Shown in pieces: positions 40,199-52,386 of a stretch of 64,000 nucleotides of DNA. Numbering within the stretch: the stretch's first letter is position 1; each line of letters starts with the position of its first letter. A program made the translations under genes and the position numbers. The notes under the pieces were generated by a model, which saw only the letters and a program-made list of their open reading frames with translations, searched no databases and was not told the DNA's origin. This DNA is from Eimeria praecox (Eukaryota): positions 1,984,001-2,048,000 of the forward strand of contig OY986947.1 of assembly GCA_963920595.1 (NCBI GenBank), written 5' to 3'.

Positions 40199-41500
40199 TT
40201 AATCATCATCGTCTTTCTTTTTGCTTTTCTTCTTGGGGGGCTGCAGAATGTCCCTCTCATCGGGCCCCAGTACATTCTGATCCGACGGCTTCACTCCTGC
40301 TCTTGCTTCAAAATGCATGCGACCGAGTCTGGCGTCTGCTAATTTTTGTTTTTTCTTGCTGCGTCTTCTCATCGCCCAAGATAAAAACGCTACAGCAGCC
40401 CCTAACAGAGCTACTGTCCCTGCTCCTCTCACCAGCCTAGCAGCAGCAGGGTTTTCTGCTACGCCTCCCGCGTTCTCATGAGCCTTTCCAAACCCTGCAA
40501 GACCCCCAGCCACGGCCCCTCCGACCCCCCCTACGATCCCGATCCGCTCCCACCACTCTTTGTGCTTCTCGGCGCTGATAAACTTCTCATATTCCCGCTT
40601 CCCTGCACACCCGCCGCATGCAGCATCCACCACCCCATACAAACAAATCCCCACGATAGCCCCCAAAAGGAGACACAAACTTAACGCACATTTTGTAAAA
40701 TGATGAAAACACACAAACAAACGCACGCTTGTAGACACCATGCATGCATGGGCTTGCGCCAATACTAAACGACACAGCAGAGAAAATCCTTACTGTGTTA
40801 GCTAACAAACGTTAGAGGAAATGCAACATTCAAAGCAAAAGAAACAAAACTTTAAAGAAACAAAAAAACACATAAGGGGAGGATGACCTACACAATTCCG
40901 TCTCTTCGAGCTCTTCAGGTGTATAGCCAGCCGCCTCCTCATCCTGTTGCTTCTTAACTGCGAAATCAACATGCACACAAACGAAAAAAACAAACAAGTA
41001 CAGAAACCAACAAACAGCAGCACCAGAAAGCACATACACAACCACAGTGCGCAAGGGCTAGTAAAGAGGCGTCCTGCTTAGCAAAGGGCGAGACAGCACA
41101 CAAGCAAGAGAAGCTGGCACCCCCTCCACGCGCGTTTACTCTGGCAGCATGCTGAAGACAACAGTATTTGCAGCAGTTGCTGCGGTGGGTGTGGTGCGGT
41201 GTACGAACATCGGCGGCATTGACCCGGCCGTGACTTACTTTGATTCTGTTTGTACTCTTTGCTAGCTTCAAGCAGCTTTTTTATATCTGCTTTGAGTTGT
41301 TCCAGCTTCTCCTTTTCTTTTTGTATCTCATCGGCGGACTTGGACTTCTCGAGTTTTGCTGCGGCTTCTTCTCGCGCGGCCCTTGCCGCCGCTAGCCTGG
41401 CCGCTTCTGCCGCATCTTTGGCGGCCTGGTGGAGTGTACATACAACCCAGAAGAGGCCTATGATGGCCACACGCGAGAAATATCCCTTAAACAACTTCAT
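40199..41500 (-). CDS. Hypothetical membrane protein, 3 exons (41500-41239, 40957-40892, 40602-40199), about 240 aa
   Basis: N-terminal hydrophobic stretch (VAIIGLFWVVCTL), charged coiled-coil, two hydrophobic G/A-rich segments and a basic/acidic tail. GT-AG junctions join in phase (..NQ I KKQ..EL W KREY..). Confidence 0.7.
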
Positions 41501-42228
41501 CTCAGCTTTAAATGTACTTTAAATCAACAGCGCGATGACTCCACCAGCCATGAGATCGCCGGGGCTGGTAACAAATTCTACCTCCCCGGGAACCGGCGCG
41601 TTCAGCGCCCGATCCGCTGCTTTCCGTTGGTTTCACAATGAAAAACAAAATATAATAACTAAATTTAGAAGAAAAGACTTAAAAAGGCAACGCAAACGGT
41701 CCTGTCACACAGCTGTATCGACGGACTGCACATACACCACGACCGCGCCTCGAGGAGTCTGGCGCTATTGCTTCGCTGCAAGCGGAAGGCCCCACGGAAG
41801 TATCGGTTTTGAGCTTAAAGGAGCGTTTATGGGGTAAATAGAACTTTAAATACAATTTAAAAAGTATTTAATTGTTTATATTGTCATTTTATCGATCCGG
41901 CAAGATTCAATATACAACAAACCGACAGGATATACAGAACCTATATCACGCCTGCTGCAGCTGGGGCCCTGGGGCCATTTCCAGGCCGCAGCAGCACAGC
42001 AAAGGCTACCGTGGGGGGCGCAGGGACTACCAAAACGGGTGGGTAGCATTGCAGCAGACTGTTCTTCTTCTCTTTAATTGCTGCTGTGCCTTTTGTGCTT
42101 TGTATCAAGGGCCAGCCGCTTCTTTGGCGTATTTCTTTGCGGACTTCTTACGCCTGCTCGGGCTCCCTCTGCAGGCGCCCCGCCCCACACGGAGATCTCC
42201 TTCGTAATCTTGGAATTCAACATTCACA

Positions 42229-45200
42229 ATGGCAGTAAGTGTCTCTTTGATTTTATATTATGCATTTTCCACTGTATTTATCGAATTCTGTTCCCATGAT
42301 CAAGTCGAATCCGTTTTGACGCAGCAACATGCCATGAGTGTTGTGGGGCGTTGCGGAAGAGAATCGTGCGAGTATAAAGGGAAGGGCTTCGGTCTTTGTG
42401 GTGTATAAAAGCCCTCTTTTTTCTTGTATCCCAAATCGGAGAAGCGTAGAAAGATATATTGCACGGCAGTTATGTTCTGACCCTTACACCGGCTCTCATC
42501 GTATCGGCTGGGGCGGCACTTGTGTTTGTGGGCGTTTGTTTGCAGAAAGCGAAGGTGGCGCAGCCTGTGGCTAGCGACGATTCGTCTCTCTCTTCAAGCG
42601 AAGAGGAAGTGCAGCCGAAGAAGCCTGTAGCTGCAAAGGCTGGTGCCGCTGCTCTCAAGAAGAAGGCCGCCCCTCCCCCTCCTTCGAGCTCATCCGATGA
42701 CAGCTCTGATGAAGATCAGCCAAGTGCAGTTGTCGTTAAAAAGGCAGCAGCTGCAAAAGCAAATAATGCAGGAAAGGCAGTAGCTGCAAAGGCACAGTCG
42801 ACGGCCCAGGATTCGTCCGATTCAAGTTCTGAAGATGAAATGCGTAAGCTGCACTGCGATGGTGTTTGGGGTGTATGGACAGCCAGCCACCTGTAATCTG
42901 TAATATGTGGTTTCTGCATCGCCCATCAGGGTTTGTTCATGGTGTTTTTGTGTATTTACTACAGAACTTGATCCCTTGTTCTGTTTATTTATATATATGT
43001 TTGTGAAACTTGAATTTTTCTGCATATTCTGTGGGCGTTTCCGTCGATGATGACATCTATTTTGCTACTGTTGACCCTAATTGGGGCTGATATTTTTCCA
43101 CCAAGATCTCTGATGATCTCAGGAAACGCCCGGCGAGGAGATGGTGGCGGCAATTTATGCCTCCCCCCACCATCTGCCCGCCCTGTTTTTATTTGTGTTT
43201 GCATTATCTTGTTTCGTGTTTCTCTGAATTAGTCTTCTTTTGCACGCGGTGTATGTATGCCTCCCTGGATTGTGTTCTTGTTAGAAGTGCAAGTTTGTGT
43301 TTTTTTCTTTTCTTTGTTTCTGCAGCCGCGCCGAAGAAAGGCCAGGTCCCTGCCAAGGCCGCTGCCCTGCAGAAAGCCGCTGCTCAGGACTCTGACTCGG
43401 ACGACTCGTCTGAGGAAGAGCCCCAACCTAAGAAGCCTGTGCAGAAAGCTAAGATGACAGCAGCACCAGCTCCAAAGAAAGCAGCACCGCCGCAGTCTTC
43501 AGACTCGGATTCATCTTCTGAGGAGGAGGAGAAGCCCCAGGCAAAGAAAGCCCCAGCGCCAGTTAAGGGGAAGCCAGCAGCTGCACCACAGAAGAAACCT
43601 GCTGTTCCGCAGGACTCCGACTCAGACGACTCTTCCTCTGATGAGGATGTGGCGCCTCCACCTAAGAAAGCAGTAGCCCCAGCTAAACCAAATGCAGCCC
43701 CACAGAAGAAGGCCCCTGCACCTGCTTCAGACTCAGAGGATGATTCGTCATCTGAGGAAGAGGCAGCACCCCCTGCAAAGAAGCCCGCACCCAAGGCCAA
43801 GGCAGCTCCAGCAGCCCCTCAGAAGAAAGCACCAGCAGCAGCTCAGGATTCAGATTCTGATGACTCATCTTCTGAAGATGATACGCCTCCACCCAAGAAG
43901 CCTGCAGCAGCAGCACCCAAGGGCAAAGCCGCAATGACCCCAGCAGCTCAGAAGAAAGCAGCAGCAGCTCAGGACTCCGACTCTGATGATTCTTCCTCGG
44001 AGGAGGAAGCTGCACCTGCACCGAAGAAACCGGCGCCCAAGGCAGCTGCTGCTACGCAGAAGAAGACAGCTGCAGCAGCCATGTCTGAGGACTCAGACGA
44101 TTCTTCTGACGAAGATGAGGCGCCACCAGCGAAGAAGCCAGCAGCCGCAGTAGCCAAGGGCAAAGCAACAACGACAGCACCAGCAAAGAAGCAGCCCGCC
44201 CAGGAGGATTCAGATTCTGATGAAGACTCCTCGGAGGAGGAAGCTGCGCCTCCAGCGAAGAAAGCCGCACCTAAGGCTAAAGCAGCAGCACCACAGAAGA
44301 AGGCAGCACCAGCCAAGGACTCTGATTCAGATGATTCTTCTTCGGAAGAGGAGGACGACGCTCCCCCTCCAAAGAAGGCAGCAGCAGCAGCACCTCCCAA
44401 AGGCAAGGCCGCTGCTGCGGCTGACGATTCTTCTTCAGATGAGTCGGAGGAGGAGGAAGAAGAGGAAGAACAGCCAAAGAAAGCAGTAACACAGAAGAAA
44501 GGCAAAGGATCTGATGAGAACATGGAGGTAGATGGGGGCTCGAAGAAGAGAAAACAACAGCAGACACAGAACGGCCAGCAGCAGGGCCCCAAGAAGAAGC
44601 TACAGCTCACAGATCAATCTGCTGCTGCACGCATGCGCTCCGAGATATTCTGTGGCGGTTTGCCTTACTCAGTTACAGAGGTAGGCAGGCGCAGCATTGA
44701 TCCATCCCAAGCCGCTGTTTGGTGTGCATACACCCCAACGCTGCCCAGCAGGCTCCAGCGGGAGGCGTCGCGCTGCTGCTGTTGCAGCAGATGATTTCGT
44801 CATCCCTCCACTTGCCCTGCGAGAATCTGTGACGCCAGTTTGACCCGCAGCGGAGTCATTCTAGTGTCGCTGCGGGATAGGAGGCTCGGAGAAATCCACA
44901 TGAATGATTGCGGCCGTCGATACAGCGGGACATTGTGTATGTATGTTTGTATGTATGTATGTCTTCCATTCTTTATCTGTGTGTGGTTTGTATGCTATTT
45001 CTATCTTCAGGAGCAGCTGAAAGACCTGTTCGAGGCGGATTGTGGTCCGACAACACGCATTAAGATCCTCGAGGGTAAAGGCATTGCCTTCATCACATTT
45101 GCAACTGAGGAGGCAGCAGCCAAGGCGGTGGAGTTTAATCAGACGGAGTACGAAGGCCGCACGCTTCGTATTAATCTGTCTGCTGATAGACAGCAGCAGC

Positions 45201-46199
45201 AACAGGGCGATCGCAGACAGGAAGGGAAGAATGGCCCTCCCAGAGATGACAGACCTAAGGCAGATCCCTCCAACCAAATCGTGCTGAGAAACCTCAGCTT
45301 CGATACAACAGAGGAAACTATCAGAGAAACCTTCGGAGATTGCGGTACATAAAACACACACAGCCAAACCCTATGCAGTATATATGATGCTTGTATAGCT
45401 ATTTATGCTGTATAAACTCAGGGGTTCCCGCAGTGTATAAACACATATCAAGCACACATAGAAAAGCTTTCAATGTAAATAGAAAGTATATAGAGCTTCG
45501 GGCGGCGCATCTACGGGCAGTCGTATAGTGCTTGGGGGAAGTGTTCTTCTGCTGTTTTAAAATATTGTTTGGGGCTTGGTTGACTTCTCGATTATTCTCT
45601 GATTGGTTTTGCCGTCTGCTTCAGGAGAAATTCGCGCCGTCCGCATTCCTGTGTTTGAAGACAGCGGAAAGCCACGTGGTCAGGCATTCCTTGAGTTTGA
45701 TTCGGTGGACTCTGCGACGAAAGCCCTCGAGTTTAACAACACGGAGCTGGACGGCCGTACCATTTGGGTGGCTTATGCCTTGCCTCGAGGTGCAGGGGGT
45801 GACAGAGGTGGCAGAGGAGGAAGAGGAGGCAGAGGTGGAGCTTCCGGAGGACGCGGAGGAGGAGGTCGTGGTAAGTAGTGTTGTGTTTCGTTGTTGCCGC
45901 TGATTCTCAACCCTTGCATGCAAATGTAGGATATTGCTGAACGAACAAGACAGCCGCCCGCATTATATCAATCCAAGCAGCAGCAGCGACTCTGTGGGGG
46001 GCTTGAGCGTACAGCACCAGCCTTCTGTACGGCTAGCCGCCTGTGTGGTGTTTGCTTCTCGCTGCTTGTTGTTGCAGGGGGTGGCCGTGGGGGGTTCCGC
46101 GGAGGCCGGGGAGGCGGCGCGTCTTCTGCTAAGGCTGCTAATGCGGGAAATGTACAAGAGTTCCAGGGCAAGAAGACCACATTTGATGATAGCGACTGA
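42229..46199 (+). CDS. NCL: Nucleolin/NSR1/gar2-like protein. Exons: 42229-42234, 42546-42843, 43326-44680, 45011-45344, 45625-45870, 46078-46199
   Basis: Alternating acidic-Ser (DSDSDDSSSEEE) and K/A/P repeats, two RRMs (IFCGGL..KGIAFITF; IVLRNL..RGQAFLEF), RGG/GAR tail and terminal FQGKKTTFDDSD*. Confidence 0.93.
43043..43117 (+). ncRNA. U24: Box C/D snoRNA, U24/snR24 family, in nucleolin intron 2
   Basis: Box C ATGATGA 43047-43053 and box D CTGA 43110-43113. Guides TTTGCTACT and CCACCAAGATCT are complementary to the conserved LSU rRNA segment AGAUCUUGGUGGUAGUAGCAAA, the same two guides carried by yeast snR24 and vertebrate U24. Confidence 0.88.
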
Positions 46200-46710
46200 G
46201 CCGTCAATTACCTGGCGTGCTTGTGGGCTCTGGCTGAAGCCTCATCACCCGTCAGGAGCTTCGTGTGTAGAGGAAGGGTCTTTCTCCCTTTCCTCTGCTG
46301 GTTCTTCTTGTACATTTCTTTGCTCTTTAAGTTCTGGTGTTGGCCCTCAAACTACTACAATCACCCCTGTGCGTACATAGCTGGGCGACACAGTGGGCAT
46401 TTGTTTGCTGGGGGGAAGCCCCAGCCCAGCTGTTCGACGCTGCGCTGTGCTGCATGCATGCAGCTATTGCATGCAGCGAAAGACCGCAGCAGCAGGCCTC
46501 TTCGGGCATAGGACTAGATATATGAACGGAGTTGCAACAGCATTGATATTAAATGGTCTCGGTGATAAAGAGAATCTCAGAGTCGTTGAAGACTGACTAG
46601 CTGTGGCTGTTTGGTAGCTGTGGTAGTTAGTGGAGTTTATACACGATTTATAGCATGCATACATAGATATAAATATAATATGCATACAAAACTAGCTTCA
46701 GGGCTTTTGT

Positions 46711-48816
46711 TTATTGTCTCGTTGCCGACATCATCCCCCATTTGGGTGGCAAAGAGTCAACGCTAAGTGCAGATCGCATAGCGTTGCTGTATGAGGTGGC
46801 TTGGCTGTAGTGTTGGCCCTTCTTAACCTCTCCATGGACGAGGGCTGCACAGAGACAGAACTCTACAAAGTGCGCGAATGACAGAAGGGCTACCAGCGCC
46901 CATACGAAGCTGAACTGCGGGCGGAATATACAGAAGAGAGCGGCTTCAGCAGTCGCTCTCTCTGTCTGCGGCATGGGGAAAGCGGAGTAGTTGCATGCCA
47001 CCTGAAGTGTGGCATTTTCGAAGGTCATGGCGAAGAAGGAGACGGCGTTTGTGAAGAAGAAGATGAAGTTAATTAACATGTTAACGAAGGAAAGCAAATG
47101 AGAACGCAGATAAGACAGCCAGACCGTAAAGGCTCCCGTCGCCAAGTTGCTTGCTGCTAAGATATATCCGCCCCACTTCAGTGCAGCAAAGAACAGACCT
47201 AGCTGCACAACCATCGGCTGCTGCAGCCCATCTGCATGCAGCGCTTTATCCATCGTCTCCAGCATCATTTGGTTACTCTGTCCCCCAAACATGACAGTAA
47301 GACAGAGCAGAAAGCCCGCGAGCATGAACTTGATGGCGCCGACAGACAACAGCGCCGCCCATAGTCGCGTATACCGCTGGAACACGAGCAGCCCCGTGCT
47401 GCATGCGCACAGTGCGGCCACAGCTACGCATGCACGGGAGAGGCCGACCTGCTTGCACATATTGGCTGAAGCAGCTCCTACGGCAGAGTTGTCTGCCCTG
47501 TAGACAGCGTTGATATCTAATCGATCTCTATCACAGAATTGTTGCGTGAAGAACAATACAGGAATGAAGACCCCCACACAGGCCCCCACCCAAGCAGTAC
47601 AGCAAGTAGTGACGCGTACTTCTTCAAGAAAAGCTTTTCGTGTGCCCTTAAGCAACGCTTGACATGTAAAATAACAATTTCCCGCCATAGGAAGCAACAC
47701 CAGCACCAGTCCTGCCACTAATGATCCCGTAATCGATTCATAAGCAACTAAACCAGCAGCAAAACCCGGGGCAGCTCGTAGCAACACCGGGAATGCCATC
47801 AACCCTCCCCCCCCCACGCATGCACTCATGTCCATGCAAGACACTGCGCGACCCATGCGGCCTAATGTCGTCAACACCACAATCAACAGAGCTAGTGAGC
47901 AACTAATTCGAAGTGTCAGTGCACATAAGAAAAATCGCCACAATACAGACCCCCGTACTAGCCATATACTGCTCTTATGATTATTATTATCCTCTAACAA
48001 CACATCCTCCCCTATTGAGACTGCTCTTAACGCTGTACACCTTTCTCTACGATCCTTCATATAACTGCTGCTGCTGCTGCCGCGGCCACCACCGCCACCG
48101 CGCAGCCGCCTGCTGCCCCACTCCTGTGCAGCAGCAAACCCTCCCTCTGCAGAGGCTTGTGCTTCGATCCCGAGGTCCCTCAACCCCCGTACGTTGCTGC
48201 TGCTGTATGCTATGTCACGCAAACGGCAGCCTTCATCAGCCGCTGCAGACAAAGACATTGCGTCCCACCCACCCGCTGCATTTGCCTGCTGCTCCTCCTC
48301 CTGTGCGTCCTCCTCCTGTTGCTGCTGCTGCTGAATGTACGATGCAGCAGCAGACGCAACATCAAAGACACCCGACGCGGCAGCAATGCCGCCGCCGGGC
48401 TCCAAGGGGTCCCCAGAGGCCCCTTCATCGGACTGCAACAACAGCTGCTGCTGCCGCTGCTGCTGCGCGTGGAAAGGAGGGCCTACAGAGCTGGCGGATT
48501 CATCTACGCTGTGTTGAGCTGAGATAGAAGCTCCTAAGAAGCCGCTAGCTGCTGCGCCATCATCGGAAGACTCTGAGCTAGTTGCAGCTCTACCCCCCCA
48601 AAGGGAAGGCTTTGAGTCGCCGCTTCGAGAAGCAGAAAAAGGCCTTGAATAAGAAGGCTCAGAAGGAGAGACATCGAAGTCGTTCTCTGCGCTGCTGCTG
48701 CCGCTGCTGCGGAAACGGCTCCTGCTGCTCCTCCTGTTGCTGCTCCTGCTGCTACGGGACGTCCCGCTTCGGGGGACGTCGTCACGCGATATCTCTATTG
48801 AAAACGAACTGCTCAT
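46711..48816 (-). CDS. Hypothetical multipass membrane protein (701 aa, single exon)
   Basis: Long open frame; S/Q/A low-complexity N-terminal ~290 aa, then many hydrophobic segments with paired Cys. No family recognised. Confidence 0.8.
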   Translation of the reverse strand: MSSSFSIEISRDDVPRSGTSRSSRSSNRRSSRSRFRSSGSSSAENDFDVSPSEPSYSRPFSASRSGDSKPSLWGGRAATSSESSDDGAAASGFLGASISAQHSVDESASSVGPPFHAQQQRQQQLLLQSDEGASGDPLEPGGGIAAASGVFDVASAAASYIQQQQQQEEDAQEEEQQANAAGGWDAMSLSAAADEGCRLRDIAYSSSNVRGLRDLGIEAQASAEGGFAAAQEWGSRRLRGGGGGRGSSSSSYMKDRRERCTALRAVSIGEDVLLEDNNNHKSSIWLVRGSVLWRFFLCALTLRISCSLALLIVVLTTLGRMGRAVSCMDMSACVGGGGLMAFPVLLRAAPGFAAGLVAYESITGSLVAGLVLVLLPMAGNCYFTCQALLKGTRKAFLEEVRVTTCCTAWVGACVGVFIPVLFFTQQFCDRDRLDINAVYRADNSAVGAASANMCKQVGLSRACVAVAALCACSTGLLVFQRYTRLWAALLSVGAIKFMLAGFLLCLTVMFGGQSNQMMLETMDKALHADGLQQPMVVQLGLFFAALKWGGYILAASNLATGAFTVWLSYLRSHLLSFVNMLINFIFFFTNAVSFFAMTFENATLQVACNYSAFPMPQTERATAEAALFCIFRPQFSFVWALVALLSFAHFVEFCLCAALVHGEVKKGQHYSQATSYSNAMRSALSVDSLPPKWGMMSATRQ

Positions 48817-50009
48817 CTTAACATGCTCCTGCTCCTACAACCGCTGCTGTTGCTGCTGCTGCTGCTGCTGTGGCGGGTTGGTAGCCAGGGTCTCGGCCCC
48901 TGCCTGGCCCTCAGAGCGGTTCTCCGTCTTTGCCCCTCCATGCGAGATGATCTCCTGGCTTATTTGTTTGTTGGATTTGTTAGTTTTTCATGTTCGTCTT
49001 CACCGCATTATTATCTTCTTCTGAGGCAGCCTGCTACCAATGCACGAAAAACAGACCCCGCTACAATGCCTGATATGCGGGAAAATGCCAAAAGGAGTTA
49101 TTTGCAGGGGGGAAGGGAGGCGGAGAAGCGAAGAGAGGCCCCGTCTGCATCGTTTAAAGAGCTGCAGCTAACAGCCAACACAACAACAGGCCACCGCCGC
49201 TGATGCTGCTCCTTCTGCCGCTGCAGCCGTCGATGAATCCGAACGCAGCTGAGAGTTATTTGACTTTAAAAAGACAATATCTGAAGCCCGTTGCAAACTA
49301 AAGGCAGTTTCTCTCGAGAAAATGCTGCAGAGAGGGGCAGGGGCTCCGAATGTTGCTGATCCGTCTCCTCAACTTCGACTTGTGTAGTTCCTTGCGAGCC
49401 GTCCGCAGCCTTTACCTCCACTTATTTAAAGCCTTGGAGAAGCATTTCGTCATATCTTTCAATATTTTTAACAAAAAAAAGACTAAAAGATAAAACCTGG
49501 GAAAGGGAACTGAGCCACTCAGGGGAAAGCCCGAAAGTTGAATGCATGCGATCGCAGGCCGCGCCGCTGACTGTGCACTACTGCGGCAAAGATGAGGGTA
49601 GATGACAATTAATGCCCTTCTCTACCATATTTTATGGAAATCTCATGAAATTTTGATGATTATGAACTAAAAAGTTCAGATTTTGACCTGGATCATCAGC
49701 ACATCCATTAAGGTGTACATACACCGGGGTCTGTGCCCAGCGCTAGACGCGCAGTCCGCCGCCCCCAGTGCACGAATTTCAGGGAAGTCTTGCAACAAAT
49801 GTACTGCTTCTTAGTTTAGTTATTAGTGACTATGTCTATTTTGCATTACTGAGTACTACATCGAACGATGAGATCACAAGCAATCCGTAGTTTCATCGGG
49901 CCCCCTTCATGCTTCTGTGGAGTGCGCTGTATAGCGTATACAGTCTCAAATGCGCCATTATATTACTTTTGCTTGTGTCCATTTCGGCCGCTGATGGTCA
50001 ACCAAGCGT

Positions 50010-51934
50010 TTAACAATTGTCTACAGAGTTAGCGCATGCATCAAGGGGGGGCTTAGGTGTGTTTGCATGTGGGGTTGTCGAGAGCAATGTAGCTACAGCG
50101 GAAATCCTCGACCTTAGCTGAGGACCGTCGCGAGCGGCACTAGAGTCAAATACTTGAAAAACGAGTTCGCAGGAAGTAGTTAGCCTTCCATCCAGCTTCC
50201 AACCCTCCTGGGCAGAACTACCCAAAGGCCTGGGCTGGTGGGAACAGGGATAAATCAGTCATGGGCTGCAACGCACTTTGCTGCAGATACTGCTGCAAGG
50301 CAGCCCTGCATGCACGCACAGCGAATGCACATTTTCTGTATGCATTACATTTTAGACTGAAGTGGAAACTGTCTTCGAACACGTACTCCGTCCTCCGTAG
50401 TCCACCTGCGAGCAAGTAGGGATACGAATATCACCGTCAGGCAGCGCATCCCACAGCAGCACCACACTGAGGGGCTTCTATGGCCGTAGCGAGTTGCAAA
50501 GAAGTAAAACCGCCTCAGAGGTAAATCCCTAGAATGCAGTGTTACGACCCCCTTCAATTTCAAGGTGCCCAAGGGCATAAGGGCCTCGGGCTGACGATAC
50601 GGAGGGAAGGCGACAGCTTCTATCATGAATTGCTGCTGCATCAGTTCTTGCTTCACCTGGTGCTGCAAGACAACCCCACATGAAAGGCAAAACAGCCCGA
50701 GTCCTTTTGCAGTTGACAGCCTGCATGCAAGTAGAAGGCATGTAGGAGGATCAGAAAGAGCAGGTTATAGAACAACCACCATTAAACTTTCTCTCAGCTT
50801 CCCAGCCAGCAACATATTGCCCCTGATACGTTCAGCAGGGCATAGTAGCATTGCCTGGACCAGCAGCATCCCCGTAGCACGAGAAGATGTTTCTGTCTTA
50901 ATTCGATTTCTGTTTATTCCTCACAGTGACCAGCACGTTAGCGCACTCTGTAGCTATCTGTCTGCCTGCCTTGTGTGCTGCATGCTGATGCATCTGTCTC
51001 TGTCTGAGCTGCCGCTCAGAGTTTATTCAGCGGTGTTGACCTTCAAAGGGCCCATACAAAGTGCGTATGTGTATGTGTGTGAGCATTGCCTTCTGTCTCC
51101 CTGTATTGTTTGTCTCTAATCAACGCCTCTAGCTTCAAAACATCTCGTATCTCTTTCGTCCTCTCCTCTACGCAGGAATATGCTCATTCAGCAGCATATG
51201 AATCCAAGCTTGCAGCAAAAGAGATGATGTCTTGAGAAACCCTAAGACAGACAGGAAGACGCTGCTCGAGAGCACAGCCCTGGGATGCGTGCATACACCT
51301 CGCTCCGACGACTGTTAAATTTGTTCGCCTAGTGTGCGGCGTTTACGGGGAGCCGCGTTGCTTATTCTCTGGGGCTTTTCCTGTCTCCTCGCATGCAGCT
51401 AGCTAGGCAGTTTCGTAGTTAGCTAGCTAGCTATCTAGACGGCTACTAGCTAGGTGCCCATTAGGCAGCCAGGTGGCCCACGCCCTGGCTATCTGGTAAG
51501 CCGCTGAGCAAGCTGATATTTCGCTAGCTAGGCCTCTTTAAAGGTATCTACAGAAGTAGCCATCAATTTAGCTCCTTCTCTATCCCGCTAGCTAGCTAGT
51601 TAGCTAGCCAGCTATATAACTAGGCAGATACTAGGGGAGGTTTGGGTGCAGTCAGATTCCCTTCCGGGTGTCACTACTCAGAAGTAGCAAACACCACAGG
51701 GTTGAGAAGAGACACTGCAATTATTCACCTATTCGATTTCATCTTTTTCTTTCCGCCTTCCGTGAGCACATCACGGCAGCCCGGGAGACAGGTCGCTACG
51801 AAGTTCAAGCCGAAGCAACAACAAGCTGCTGCTGCTGCAGCTGCTGCCGCTTTGGTTGCTGCTGTTGCTGCTGCTTGTGTTTCTGGTTTGGATGAGGGAT
51901 TTACACGTGTTGTCCGTTTGAGTTGTACATGCAT
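50010..51934 (-). CDS. Possible multi-exon hypothetical gene
   Basis: Short GT-AG-bounded exon-like blocks on the minus strand (e.g. ~50657-50510 VKQELMQQQFMIEAVAFPPYRQPE.., ~50405-50340 GLRRTEYVFEDSFHFSLK). No complete model could be built. Confidence 0.3.
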
Positions 51935-52386
51935 TGAAGCCGAAAGGCGGGGCTACGGGGCGCCCAGGAGCATTAGGAGCAGTCAAAATGATTTAAAAGT
52001 GTTGAAAAGAATAGTTTACAAATATCCGGAAGAGAAAAGGCACTAAGAAAAGCTTAAAGAGGGGTTAGAAGGATGGGCTCAGGAGAGGGGATGAGGGGAT
52101 AGGCTAAAGAGGAGGCGTTCAAAAGAGGCGCTAGAAGGGGGTTTAGAAGAGGGTGTGAAAGGGAGTGATTGAGAGGGAGATGTTAAAACAAGAAGAATAT
52201 AAGAGATAGTGGCATAGAGAGGAGGCTTCAGAGAGGTTAAGAGGGCCAGGCGTTAGTTAGGAGGGGGAGGCGCTGGGAGGCGGGGTTAGAAGCGAGAAGA
52301 GAAGGGAATATGTCAAGAGGATTTTCAGAAAAGGTTAAGAAACAGGAGCTCAGCTCGAAGGGGGGGGGGTTTAACAAGAAAGATGG

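Noticed and set aside
49702..49715. CATCCATTAAGGTG also present at ~60882
   Set aside because: A single 14-bp match with no extended similarity; insufficient to call an element.
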